Shown: positions 52,847 through 64,000 of the stretch, piece after piece | Layout of the letters: the number at the start of each line of letters is the position of its first letter | Position numbering within the stretch: position 1 is the stretch's first letter | Assembly (NCBI GenBank): GCA_964016885.1 | Contig: OZ024741.1 | Coordinates: 383,346,001-383,410,000, forward strand | DNA from: Eledone cirrhosa | Taxonomy: Eukaryota | DNA length: 64,000 nt | Direction: 5' to 3' | Position numbers and translations under genes: made by a program | The notes under the pieces: generated by a model | Databases searched by the model: none | The model's input: only the letters and a program-made list of their open reading frames with translations | What the model was told of the DNA's origin: nothing

Positions 52847-53795
52847 TTGAGGCTAACAGACAGACAGGTAATGTTATAACCCAATAAAAGTTGATCCATG
52901 AAAGAACATGTGTTCGTTACAATAAAACGAGTTAATGAAGAGGGAAGCCCAACACCAAGACCCATCATTATTACATCACAGTGGCGATGCCATGAAAGGA
53001 ATATGAAACTTTGAAACAAATAAAATGTTAATAAAATTGGTATGATCACAATTGCAAGGAAACCGGTGCACTTATTACCACCTGTTGGCGCTTATATTTC
53101 GTTATAGGCCATTATCAACCACAATCTGTATAAATTTAATTAAACCCAATGCACTTGACCGGTTAATATAATGGAAGAAGATTAAAAAGGAATTCAACAT
53201 GTACACATTCAGTAACATACACATGGATGCTAAACATAATAAAAGTTCATCCCCATTTAAAATCACAACTACAAACTTACATACGCACACATACATACAC
53301 AGAAAACACATACAAATAACCAAATGCACATACAAACGCACATATACATACACAAACATTCATACACAGATACAATTATAGAGATATAGCAGCAACGCTG
53401 CCACCATTGCCACAACAAATCGGTATATAAATGTCAAAGATTAAGAGAACAAGCGGGTCTTTTTTGTATGTGCGGTGTCACAGACGTGTAGCAAAATAGT
53501 TTCGTAAATCAATTAATTAGAAAAGAAATGAAGTTCGATCTGTGAATGTTTTCAATGCCCGAATAACAATCCCCAAACAATATTTCTGTCAATATAGTTT
53601 CATATCCCAACTCTTTGGAAACTAATAAAATACGTTACATACATACACACATACATACATACATGCATGCAAACATACATACATACATACATACATACAT
53701 ACATACATGTATGCATACAGTACATACATGCATGCATACATACATAAATACGAACGTACATGCATTCATATATACTTAAAACATTACATAAAAGT

Positions 53796-53861
<66 letters not shown>

Positions 53862-53929
53862 TGTGTGCGTGCGTCCGTATAAATAAATAACACACATACA
53901 TACAGTCACTTTGTGCTACTATTTAAACC

Positions 53930-55548
53930 CCTTGTCGTTTCTGCTCAAGAAATGTGAATGATACATCATTTGCCCACAGGAGGACAGAAATAAGAACTTT
54001 ACCCATAATGTTTTTGTTGAAGTCCTGAAAGTTTATGACAAGAACATAAATGGGATGAAGAACATTTTCATCTAGTTACAAAGTTATGAAAGGCTATAGG
54101 GATGGAGTTTGGCCTAGATAAAGGTTCATATATGATTGTAAAGCGGGAAAAACTACAACCCAATGTAACAACATGTTTATCAATGGCCTAACTGTTCACC
54201 GATATGTGATGAGAACTACTACAAATACCTGGGGATATATGAGAATATATCCTATAATGGTATTTGTAATAAGGAACGCGTAACCAGAGGATATTACACC
54301 CGATTAAGAAAAATATGGTCGTCGGAACTTTCTGCGCACAATAAAACAGTGTCTCACAGTCTGTTTGCTGTGCCTGTCCTACCACCAAAGTTTGAAATAC
54401 TCGATTCGACGATAGACGAACTCCGAGCAATTGATGTTAAACTCGAAAAATACTAAACAACACCGGAAACTTCCACATCAACAGTGACATAGACCGCCTC
54501 TACTTGAAACGTAAGCAGGGAGACAGAGGCTTAACAGACAGCATTTGAATGTTGCATCATATCCCTCCGATAACATTTACGAACCGCCAAACGCCAAGTC
54601 TATCTGCATGAGACAGATATGATCATGAGAGTTGGGAAGGAACTCCTTGAAAGACACTCCCTGAATGATAATCAAAAGCTCACGCCCAGGGAAATTGCCC
54701 AGCAATACCACAGCGAATCCATGGATGAAAACCTGCATGCCTATCAGCAAAGCGTCATGCATAGATACGTTGCCAGGAAACTCCAGAGTGAGAGTAATAT
54801 AGATAAGCAAAGTAGTCTATCTTGGACCAACAACCGCTACATTGACTCCCACTTTGAAAGATATGCTTTTGCAATCCAAGAACAGGAAATCAACACAAAA
54901 TACCTGATTCACAAAAGAGATAGGCAAAACAACTAGATGTGACCACAAATGAAGACTCTGCAGAGTTAACATCGATGATGTCCCCCATATCATAAGTAGC
55001 TGTCCAAAAATGTCATCACGGTACTATCTACCTATGAGGCATGATCTAGTGACCAAAACACTGTACAATGCAATCCGTAGAATAGATAGCCGCGACAATA
55101 AACACATTAATAGTTACTGCAATGTGGAAGACATATACATACATAATATGAAGGATTACTGGTAGAATGTTCCAGTCAAAACCCCAATAAAATGCAAACA
55201 TAACAGAGCAGATGTAATGATACGTGACGGGGAAAAGAATACATGCACAGTAGCTGCACAGCAGATGCCAATATAATATTAAGATCAGCGAAAAGGAGAA
55301 TATATATGCAGAACTAATGAGAAATCTACAGATACTCCACCCTGACTATACCTTTAGATATATACCCGTGATTATTGTAACACTGAGATATGTTAGTAAC
55401 TGCCTCAGTACAAATCTTGAAAAGCTGGGGTTCACAGAAGGGTTCACAGAAATAGAAAGAACACGACTAGCTAGGAAATTACAAGTACAATCCATTAACG
55501 GAACTGTAAAAATATGTAAAACATTCCAAAAATGTTGCAACTATTAAC
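53930..55548 (+). pseudogene. Degraded R4/Dong-like RLE LINE, 3' half
   Basis: YYKYLG, HINSDIDRLYLKRKQG, FAIQEQEINTKYL, HIISSCP..MRHD, YIPVII; many stops. Confidence 0.85.
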
Positions 55549-57032
55549 AGCATATACACATGTACAGATACAAAACATATGCACATGCACACATATAACT
55601 CAAAACATACTCATCCGCACATACATTGACAACCATACCTGTACATACATACTTGCATGTAGACATGCAGACATATCTACCTAGTTGATGTTGTTTAAAT
55701 TCCAATGAGAGTATTGTATCTATGTTAGCAATCGACTCTGTCTTTTGATAAAAATTTATATAATTATAAAACCAGATGAACATACATGCATACCTACATA
55801 CATACCTACATATATACTTACTTACTTACATGACATATATAGCGTTGATATATCATAGTAATATTTCCTTTATGCAGAACTGTAAGAAATGCATTATTAT
55901 TTAATTAAATATATCACCAATTTCAAATATGTCATACAAATTATACGAAACATTTCAGCTAGAATTTACCTCGTGCTTGACATCTATAGCATTGCTGTCG
56001 TAATATTTCTCTGTATACGTAATCATATTTATATACAACCATATGTAAACATAATCATTTTACAAGAAAATGCAGATTTGGCATTTTTACATGTCTACAT
56101 ACTAAAAGAGCGTACAGTTATAAACACATTTATGCAGTCTCACTTATCTTTATTCAATGTTTACAGATATAACTTATCATATACGTGGTCTGCTTAATGC
56201 AAAAATGAATATATACCTTAATTAACACGAGCGCTAACAATATACAAACTAGCACGTCCTTTTCAGCATACTAATATTATCGATAGATTATATAACGCCC
56301 TCGATTACGTGTTTCTTGTGGGGTATTTTCTTTAAGGGGTGGGGATGATACATATATATGCCTTCTGCTGAAGGCTCAATTAGCCTTTGATAACCGGTTA
56401 AATATTTTGATCATTTTTTTTCAAAACTCAGGGAAATAGGTATTTACCATATTTACATGCCTACATGTCCGTGGGCATCTTTGCCTTTCATCGATTAACG
56501 GTCGATAAAAAAGTACCAGTCAAGTCCTAGGTTCGATTCTTCCTCTATATCTCTTTCTAACTTCTTCTATCCTTCTCTGGAAGAAATCTACTGTTTTCAG
56601 GCCTGGAAAGGAGATAGGCTCCGCCAGGATTAAAAATGTCACAGAAACGCCGTATATCAATATGGCACACCTACGAGTCCTCGTGAGTCACGGGTCCATA
56701 CTATGTCTACTAAAAATGTATAAATTTATATACAAATTTATGCAGTCCCACTTAGCTCTCTGTGGTATGCATATGCTTCGGCTATCTCGCGCACAGATAT
56801 GTGATGAATAGTCATTCGTATCCGGACTCAACGTCTCATCTCCAGTTATAACGTTATTCAGGAAGTCAGTATCGGGTGACGATTAGTGAGTAGAGCCCCT
56901 CACACGTTGATTTCTTGCTCTGAATGACGCATTCAATGCGTTAACTGACACCAACGCATGCCCATAAATGTATTCGGCTCCACTCTGCACACATTTATCT
57001 TCTTAACATCACTACTTCCCTCGGAAAATATG

Positions 57033-57245
57033 GTGGATTCACAGTATTAGTAGAGCGTCGAACAACATGCTTTACGGCATATAGTTTCGTCCCTTTACGT
57101 TCTGAGTTCAAATCCAGCCGAAGTTAGCTTTGTCTTTAATCCTTACGGAGCCGATAAAACAAAGTACCAGTGACACACTGGGGTCGATATAATCGAATTT
57201 CCCCTCCTCCAAACTGTTGTCCTTATGCCTAAATTAGAAACCATC
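57033..57245 (+). mobile_element. Meta-domain-like SINE (fragment also at ~56478-56530)
   Basis: gagttcaaatccagccgaagttagctttg..gataaaacaaagtaccagt. Confidence 0.75.
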
Positions 57246-59310
57246 GTTACTTCTATCGGATACTTTTTCGACAGAACTCGTAAATGTTCGAATACACATA
57301 TATTGTTGGGTTTGTTTGTGCGTGTGTGGGAGTTTGCACGTGCGCAAGCATATATGTATGTGACTGTGCGCACGCGTGTGAATTTATGTGTGCCGAAAAC
57401 ATCAGTTTTAAAAATTCATTTCACTTTAGTATTCAACCATTGAAATTGTCGCATTTAATTGCCAACAAAACAAAACTAGAAGTTGTTTATATGAGTCTAT
57501 TGTTTAGCCTATGTGTATATTTCTATGTGTAACATATATCTTCATTATGTTGTTTCTCATAAACGACAAGATACATTATGATTTATCCTATTTAAAACAC
57601 AATTAATTCAGTGAACATTTTAACCGACATGGATTTCTCCTTTCATTCATCATAAAACTACAAGGTGTGAAGGTTTTAAAGGTGCTACTTCTGACAATTC
57701 TCTATAGCATGTGACAATGATCATTATATCTGCCTTTATGCTGTAATGTTAATGGGGCTTCATTTTGGTAGAATCAGCGTTGATTTAACGCCTGTAAAGC
57801 AGCCACAACTGATGTAACTTACAAATTTACCCAACAAATGAAGAGATAAATGAACAGACAAAAAATAAAGTAAAATACATAACTCTTTGTTTATGTTTAT
57901 ATATTAAATTTAAAGGGATGATTCAACCTATAGACAGCTTTAAATAAATTTTAATGTAATTTTACTGAGTCACAACCTCAAAATATGAGAGAACTTGATA
58001 TCAGGTTCTTTTCATATCAACCAGGGCAAATATATTTATGAAATTTTCGCTGAAAGCCATCAAAGAAATATCCCAAACGCTAGCTGCAGATTCATCGTGC
58101 ATGTTTTCTGATAGATTAGTTTTATATGTATAATAGTTTCATGTAATGAAACAGTGTAAGTCATCATTTTCTCCTCTAATTTTATCTCCGTTTCCCCGTC
58201 TCACTTAGTCCTGTATATACCTCTTCTCCTTATATTCGTATTCTCTCAATATTTTCCTTTCATTAGGGAATTCTACTATTCAATATGTTTGTTATAGCGC
58301 TTTTCAAAGCACCGAACTTTTGTGAAACAGTGATCAGCTCAGACTATTTCAATAAAACAATTTTTCTTTCTATCGTTCTCCAGAAGCATACTATCGACGC
58401 TATACAATACCTTACTTTATGCCAGAAACCTGATATCGAAACTGGTGATACATTCCATTCTTTAACTTTCTATACCCGAAAGCCTAAAAGAAACGATACC
58501 TTATGTATGCTTTCAATCCGTTATGGCATGCATAAGCTATTTTTTGTCCATGCATATATAAATGCCTAAAACTCAGAATAAAATAAATACCAAAATGAAC
58601 ATCATACCATTAACTATTTCGCTTTGAAACTAAAACTCCATATTCATATTGATTTATATTATTTTAAGAGATGACTAATAGAGAGAGGTTCTAGCTTGGG
58701 AATTATATGGAAGGTGAGGATTTTAATTTCTATAAACATAGGGAAAGTTAGTTAAAACAGCTTTAGGATATCAGAATACACTATGTGGCTTAAAAACTAT
58801 CATATAAATTAGAAACCTCACAAATGTGAGAACTGTAAGTTAAATCAACAGTCAGCATTTTACTAGTATTTATTTTACTGAAACCAGAAAGATTGAATCT
58901 GACGTCAAGCAGAGCAGGATTCGAAATTCAAACCTACCATCTAATTTCTCCATCTTTACAGCCCTTGTAATACCTTGAAATAGTATCGTTATGGCATTGG
59001 TTATTATTATTTTTGCATTAATTTCAAATTGATTTCTATTAACTTGGTAATAGTCCACTTTCTAAGATTAAAATCTTCTACATGCATGATCATCTGAACT
59101 TCTAAAAATAGTAACCACATCTAACTAATATTACATGCTATTATTGCCTTTTCTTTATATAAGTATGTGGGTGTTAATCCATTCCCTTCGAAATTCCTTG
59201 AAACCGAGTGCAACCTATTGCACGGTGCTTTGGGCACGTGTTTTCTATGACAACCGGAAGACGACCAATAACTTCTGGGCGAAATTTGATAGAAACTATG
59301 ACAAAGTCGG

Positions 59311-59420
<110 letters not shown>

Positions 59421-60269
59421 AAACGAGTGGGTGTGTGTGGGAGATGCTACAATGACTAGAATAAATGTAACAAAGTATAAGTCAATTAGTATAATCGAGA
59501 CATTTATTCAGCGAAACTGAACAAAAATTACTTAGAAATTAGTTAGGACTATAAGTTAGATCTATGTAGAATAAATAATCGAAAAGAATGAACACCGAAT
59601 ATGTCTAAAATATAAAGTTTTGCATGAATAACTTATGGCAGCCTTTTGAAAACCTCTGCTGGTTTTATGATTGTTCACATTTTACCTAGGCATGAATCTT
59701 GTCCATACTCTATGTATTGAGTACTTCATTATTGTTTGTCAAAATGTATGCAACATATATATACTAACGCCTCTATACTGTGTATCATTAGTTCTACATG
59801 ACCTTGTGTTTGGCAATAGAACTCTTCTCATGACCAAAATATCTCCAATTATGGATATATAGTACTTAACAAATTCTACGAATCATATTTTATATTTATC
59901 TATCTCTGGGATGGACACACGCGTATAACTTGCTGAGTAAGTTCTGTTTAAATATTTATAGAAATTCTTGTCTGATAACTTTAATTTTTGTACCATTTTG
60001 TAGAGGGACTGCCAGGTCAAACTTTGATCTGGTCAGTCTCTCAAAATATTCTACGCCTTTAGGCGAAATAGTTAAAAAAAAAGTTTTTTCTTGTTGAAAA
60101 GTCAATATTTTTTTAAATGGCCGAAGCTTCTTCACCAAAATTCGAAGGAGGAAAGGGGAAGATGAACTCACAGCTTCCCCCTGCCACTGTCACAGTAGCA
60201 GAGGTCAAGAAGATAGGTCAGCCAGAGGAAGAATTCTCTCCACCTGTTAACTGACAACTTGACGTTGCC

Positions 60270-61862
60270 ATGGCAACAACCCAAAGAACCAGCAGCAACA
60301 GCAACAACAACAACAATGCGACGGACGAAAACAACACCAATAACAATAACAATAACAACAACAAGACCAATAACGGTGACAACATCAACAATGATAACAA
60401 CAACACCACCAACGACAACAACAACACAAACAAACAAAATTTCTCCTTCGCCGAGACGACAAGGAAAACCCTCGACTATCTGCCAGTAGATATAACAAAA
60501 GCGAAGGAGCTACTGGCGGATGCGAAAAAATATATAGTGTACGGGGAAAATGGTTCATTCACAATCCATTCCCCCCCGGAACTAAAAAGCCAGAGACTCC
60601 TAAACACGGTCATGTTTAGGACAATCTCGAACAAAAGTAAAAAACCAGCTCAACCATCACAGAGCGAGATAGAGCTGGTTTTAAAAGACGTCATGAAGGA
60701 CATCACCTTCATTCAGAAGGATAGACTCTACGGGAGTCTATCCATTCTCATGAAGGACAGGGACACAGCAGTGAAACTGTCCATCAAACCAATCACATCC
60801 ACCGCATACACCTTCTACCCTACGTACATGGGTAGAAGAACACAAAAAATAAAAATCCACACCATCCTGCCGATTATGGACATATGGTGGGTTTTGACAG
60901 GTTTTCTGGACCTGGAGGATGACATGCTGGTGTCCATGGGAAAGGCATCGGGTGACGCGTTCAGTGGAACGAGCCTCGAACTTGTAGTTCAAATGAGGCC
61001 CGAAAGGATCGCCCAGATCCCTGAACGCGTCATACTGGATGATCTAACCTTCATCAACATTACCGTTGAGGGTAGACGGCCCTCGTGTTACCTCTGCGGA
61101 ACCAGAGGTCACCTGAGGGCTGTCTGTCCCCAACTTGATAAGAAAACCCCAATCCTGCCTACACCACCAACAACTGCACAACCAACACAATCACCACAAC
61201 TACCACTACAAAAACAACCACCACAGCTCAAACCAAAACAAAACAATGTCCAACCCATCCCCTCCACTCAAAAAACAAAAACAATTTCCAAAACACCCGT
61301 ACCGCAAACACAACCCAAAAATATACCCCTCCCCTCCAACGCGGAAGATGACCCTAGTTCGTCGTCAGACGAGGAGGAGCACTTCCACACAATCAAAAGA
61401 AAAAAAAGAAAACACACCTCAGACACACAAATGAAAAAAAACCCTCCCCAAAACATAACACTGACACCAACACAAAAGAGCTCACAACAGCAAACAAAAA
61501 ACACCACACAAAAACAAAAACATGCATACACATACATAAATACAAGAAACAAAAAACTGTTAAACATTGTGTACAACAACAATCTAATAAAAACACAAGG
61601 GCCTAACTTCACCCAGGCAGGGGATTTCCCCCACCTCAAAATGATTAAGGCCCCACAGGACACCTATAAAACTTTAAAAAAAAATTTTAAAGAGGACGTG
61701 GGTCCCCCCTGCGTCGGGCCCATTAACCGCGTCCTCCTAAAAAACTATCCCACCCCTCCCCAAACACCCTCACAACTCCAAGCTCCCCAACCACACAACA
61801 CACTGATGCCCCCACACTTCCACAAACCACCACCCCACCCAACAACCCATCCCCCACCCTAA
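60270..61862 (+). CDS. Tx1 ORF1 (poly-Asn N-terminus, CCHC knuckle, Pro/Gln/Lys-rich tail)
   Basis: 530 aa; YPTYMGRRT, VEGRRPSCYLCGTRGHLRAVC. Confidence 0.85.
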   Translation: MATTQRTSSNSNNNNNATDENNTNNNNNNNNKTNNGDNINNDNNNTTNDNNNTNKQNFSFAETTRKTLDYLPVDITKAKELLADAKKYIVYGENGSFTIHSPPELKSQRLLNTVMFRTISNKSKKPAQPSQSEIELVLKDVMKDITFIQKDRLYGSLSILMKDRDTAVKLSIKPITSTAYTFYPTYMGRRTQKIKIHTILPIMDIWWVLTGFLDLEDDMLVSMGKASGDAFSGTSLELVVQMRPERIAQIPERVILDDLTFINITVEGRRPSCYLCGTRGHLRAVCPQLDKKTPILPTPPTTAQPTQSPQLPLQKQPPQLKPKQNNVQPIPSTQKTKTISKTPVPQTQPKNIPLPSNAEDDPSSSSDEEEHFHTIKRKKRKHTSDTQMKKNPPQNITLTPTQKSSQQQTKNTTQKQKHAYTYINTRNKKLLNIVYNNNLIKTQGPNFTQAGDFPHLKMIKAPQDTYKTLKKNFKEDVGPPCVGPINRVLLKNYPTPPQTPSQLQAPQPHNTLMPPHFHKPPPHPTTHPPP

Positions 61863-61927
61863 TGGAAATTGTGCAGCCCGATACCCGGGACGCAGAGAGG
61901 TAAGTGCCTTTTCTCTTCACCACCAAC

Positions 61928-64000
61928 ATGGCTATGCTAAGAGTAGGCTGTTTAAATGCGCGTGGCCTGGGCTCAACTTGGAAGCAAGCAATGCTTCTAA
62001 ATGACCTCAGGTCACAACGTATAGATGTGATGGCTATTTGCGAGGCCCGGATCAGCAACGTGCGACAGCTGGCCCCCACCTTTGATGACTTTGAGATGCA
62101 CGCATCTCTCTGTCAGCCCGGAGGTGGGGGTGGAGTTGTCGTTCTGCTGCAAAAACATCTGGGTCTCGCAACACAGATGGTACATTTGGACCCGGAGGGT
62201 CGACTAGTGGTTCTGGACCTTGGCAGTGGTAAAGGCGGAGCGTTTAGGTTGGTAGCCGCCTACGGCCCTTTCGGGTCAATGCGGCCGGACTTCTTCCATC
62301 GTCTGGAGACTTTTCTAGGGACGTCCCGCTCCTTGCTATTAGTGGGGGACTGGAATGGTATCCTAGATGCACGCTGGGACTACGTAGGGGCCTGCCCCGA
62401 TAGAGAGGGGTGTAATAGCCTCAAAGGGTTAATCGGTCGATTTGACCTGGCCGATAGATATCGACTAGATTTTCCTACTGCGCCAACCTGGACTTGGGCA
62501 AATCGTAGCGGATCATCTAGGTCGTACCTAGATAGGTTCTTAGTTAGAATTAAGGATAAGGACTTTTTAAGTTGTCCAAAAATGCGCATGGTTGGCTATT
62601 CAGACCACAAATTAGTGACCTGCATGGTCAACCTTGACAGAACTCATAGACAGGGCCCCGGTTACTGGAAGCTCAACTTGTCCTTGCCGGCAAGTAGAGC
62701 CTACAGGAATCGGATTAGTACGTTAGTTAAGGAACGGTTGACTGGAGCGATCGTCAACAGCAGGTGGTGGGTATCTCTAAAGAGAGAGATTAGAGTAGTC
62801 TCGATAGAATTTAGTAAGGTTCTAGCTGCGGATAGGAATAGGAAGGAAAGGGAGCTAATAGATAGAGTAGAAGAGGCAATTAGAAGCGGCGACGTGGCCA
62901 GAGTGCTAGCGTCGAGAACGGCTTTGAGCCAGTTTTTCGACGCGAAGCACGAAGGCTGCGTTGTCCGAAGTAAAATACGTGCTCTAGGGAACGAGGAGAC
63001 CAAAGCTGTTAGCTGGGCCCGCGTGACAGAGGCCAACAGTGGAACTAAATCCACCATCCGGTCTTTGCGAGACCTGGATGGACGGGCGATTCTTGAGCCT
63101 AAGCAGATGTGTGAGGCCTTTCAAAGGCACTTTGCCCGACTGTTCGGGAGGGGCGGGGAGCCGGTTGGGAACGTGGACTTCGGTCCATACCTCGACGGCC
63201 TGCCGCGCCTCTCGGACAGGGAGGCGAAGTCCTGCGAGGAGCCGATTTCGGCCGCTGAGATAGAGGACGTGCTGAGCCAATGCGGCAAACGCAAATCCCC
63301 GGGTCTCGATGGTCTTCCTTACGAATTATATCTAGCTATGCCGGACTTGTTCCCCGATCTCCTCGAGGCGGTCTACTGCAACTGGCAACAGAACGGGAGA
63401 ATTCCCTGTACTGTGACCAAGGGCGTAGTCACGCTAGTGAGGAAGGACGAGAACAAGGGGGACGAAATAAGTAACTTCAGGCCCATAACACTGCTAAATA
63501 CAGAGTTACAGATTTTGGCCAAGGTGCTAGCAAAGAGGTTGGCGCTTGTCGTGGGCAACCTGGTGGGAGATGCGCAGACATGCGCTATCCCGTCCAGGTC
63601 CATCCATGACAACCTCCACCTCATGCGATACATCATAGAGAGGGTTGGGAACGAACCCGGCTTTGGTGGGGCTCTGATCAACTTGGATCAATCTAAGGCG
63701 TTCGATAGGGTCGACCATGGTTACCTGGATGCGGTGCTAGCGGCGGCAGGCTTCGGACCCGTTTTCAGGGGCTGGATCACTGCTATGCACAGCAGCCGCA
63801 TCTGCTCTAGGGTCAAGGTGAACGGCTACCTCTCGGAGCCGTTCAAAATCGCGCGGTCCATCCGACAAGGGTGCCCTCTCTCCTCCCTTCTGTATGTGTT
63901 GACTCTCGAGCCACTACTGCGGAAGTTGGAGTTGTTGCAGGGCATCCCTTTGGAACCGGGATTGCGGAAAGCGGTGTCGGCCTACGCCGATGACGTGACA
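61928..64000 (+). CDS. Tx1 ORF2 (APE endonuclease + RT), 3'-incomplete
   Basis: ccaacATGGCT start, MAMLRVGCLNARGL. SAYADDVT at the window end is in the same frame (691 codons), and the ORF track reports no stop-terminated ORF in this frame. Confidence 0.85.
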   Translation, partial: MAMLRVGCLNARGLGSTWKQAMLLNDLRSQRIDVMAICEARISNVRQLAPTFDDFEMHASLCQPGGGGGVVVLLQKHLGLATQMVHLDPEGRLVVLDLGSGKGGAFRLVAAYGPFGSMRPDFFHRLETFLGTSRSLLLVGDWNGILDARWDYVGACPDREGCNSLKGLIGRFDLADRYRLDFPTAPTWTWANRSGSSRSYLDRFLVRIKDKDFLSCPKMRMVGYSDHKLVTCMVNLDRTHRQGPGYWKLNLSLPASRAYRNRISTLVKERLTGAIVNSRWWVSLKREIRVVSIEFSKVLAADRNRKERELIDRVEEAIRSGDVARVLASRTALSQFFDAKHEGCVVRSKIRALGNEETKAVSWARVTEANSGTKSTIRSLRDLDGRAILEPKQMCEAFQRHFARLFGRGGEPVGNVDFGPYLDGLPRLSDREAKSCEEPISAAEIEDVLSQCGKRKSPGLDGLPYELYLAMPDLFPDLLEAVYCNWQQNGRIPCTVTKGVVTLVRKDENKGDEISNFRPITLLNTELQILAKVLAKRLALVVGNLVGDAQTCAIPSRSIHDNLHLMRYIIERVGNEPGFGGALINLDQSKAFDRVDHGYLDAVLAAAGFGPVFRGWITAMHSSRICSRVKVNGYLSEPFKIARSIRQGCPLSSLLYVLTLEPLLRKLELLQGIPLEPGLRKAVSAYADDVT

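Larger units (their letters stand above)
60120..64000 (+). mobile_element. Tx1/L1-clade LINE, apparently intact, running off the window
   Basis: ORF1 + ORF2 homologous to the 30-36 kb element; 5' boundary uncertain. Confidence 0.9.

Noticed and set aside
52800-53049. Hydrophobic N-terminus of the 511-aa ORF 51514-53049, suggesting a novel fusion protein
   Set aside because: Chance read-through across (GATA)n into flanking DNA; Tx1 homology starts only at ~52798.

Overview
Repeat-saturated, AT-rich eukaryotic DNA, intronic or intergenic. The SINE families and microsatellite load suggest an octopus or other cephalopod (inference). No host gene could be supported. Identifiable mobile elements: a degenerate mariner; a CsRn1-like Gypsy LTR element with a tRNA-Trp PBS; a non-autonomous hAT element with an 8-bp TSD; three R4/Dong-like RLE LINEs; three Tx1/L1-clade LINEs, one with apparently open ORFs; CRE and RTE 3' fragments; about ten tRNA-type SINEs; and several Penelope-like element (PLE) remnants. 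The main hidden signal is non-coding. At least 12 type I hammerhead ribozyme (HHR) motifs from about 9 sequence families can be folded by eye, mostly inside fold-back inverted repeats embedded in (TA)n. They show recurrent core variants (compensatory U3-A8, U4 substitutions, U.U at 10.1/11.1). They include a young, ORF-less 595-bp tandem/inverted unit with three HHR copies that looks like a retrozyme or circular-RNA generator. All coordinates and folds were read manually, and element boundaries are approximate.
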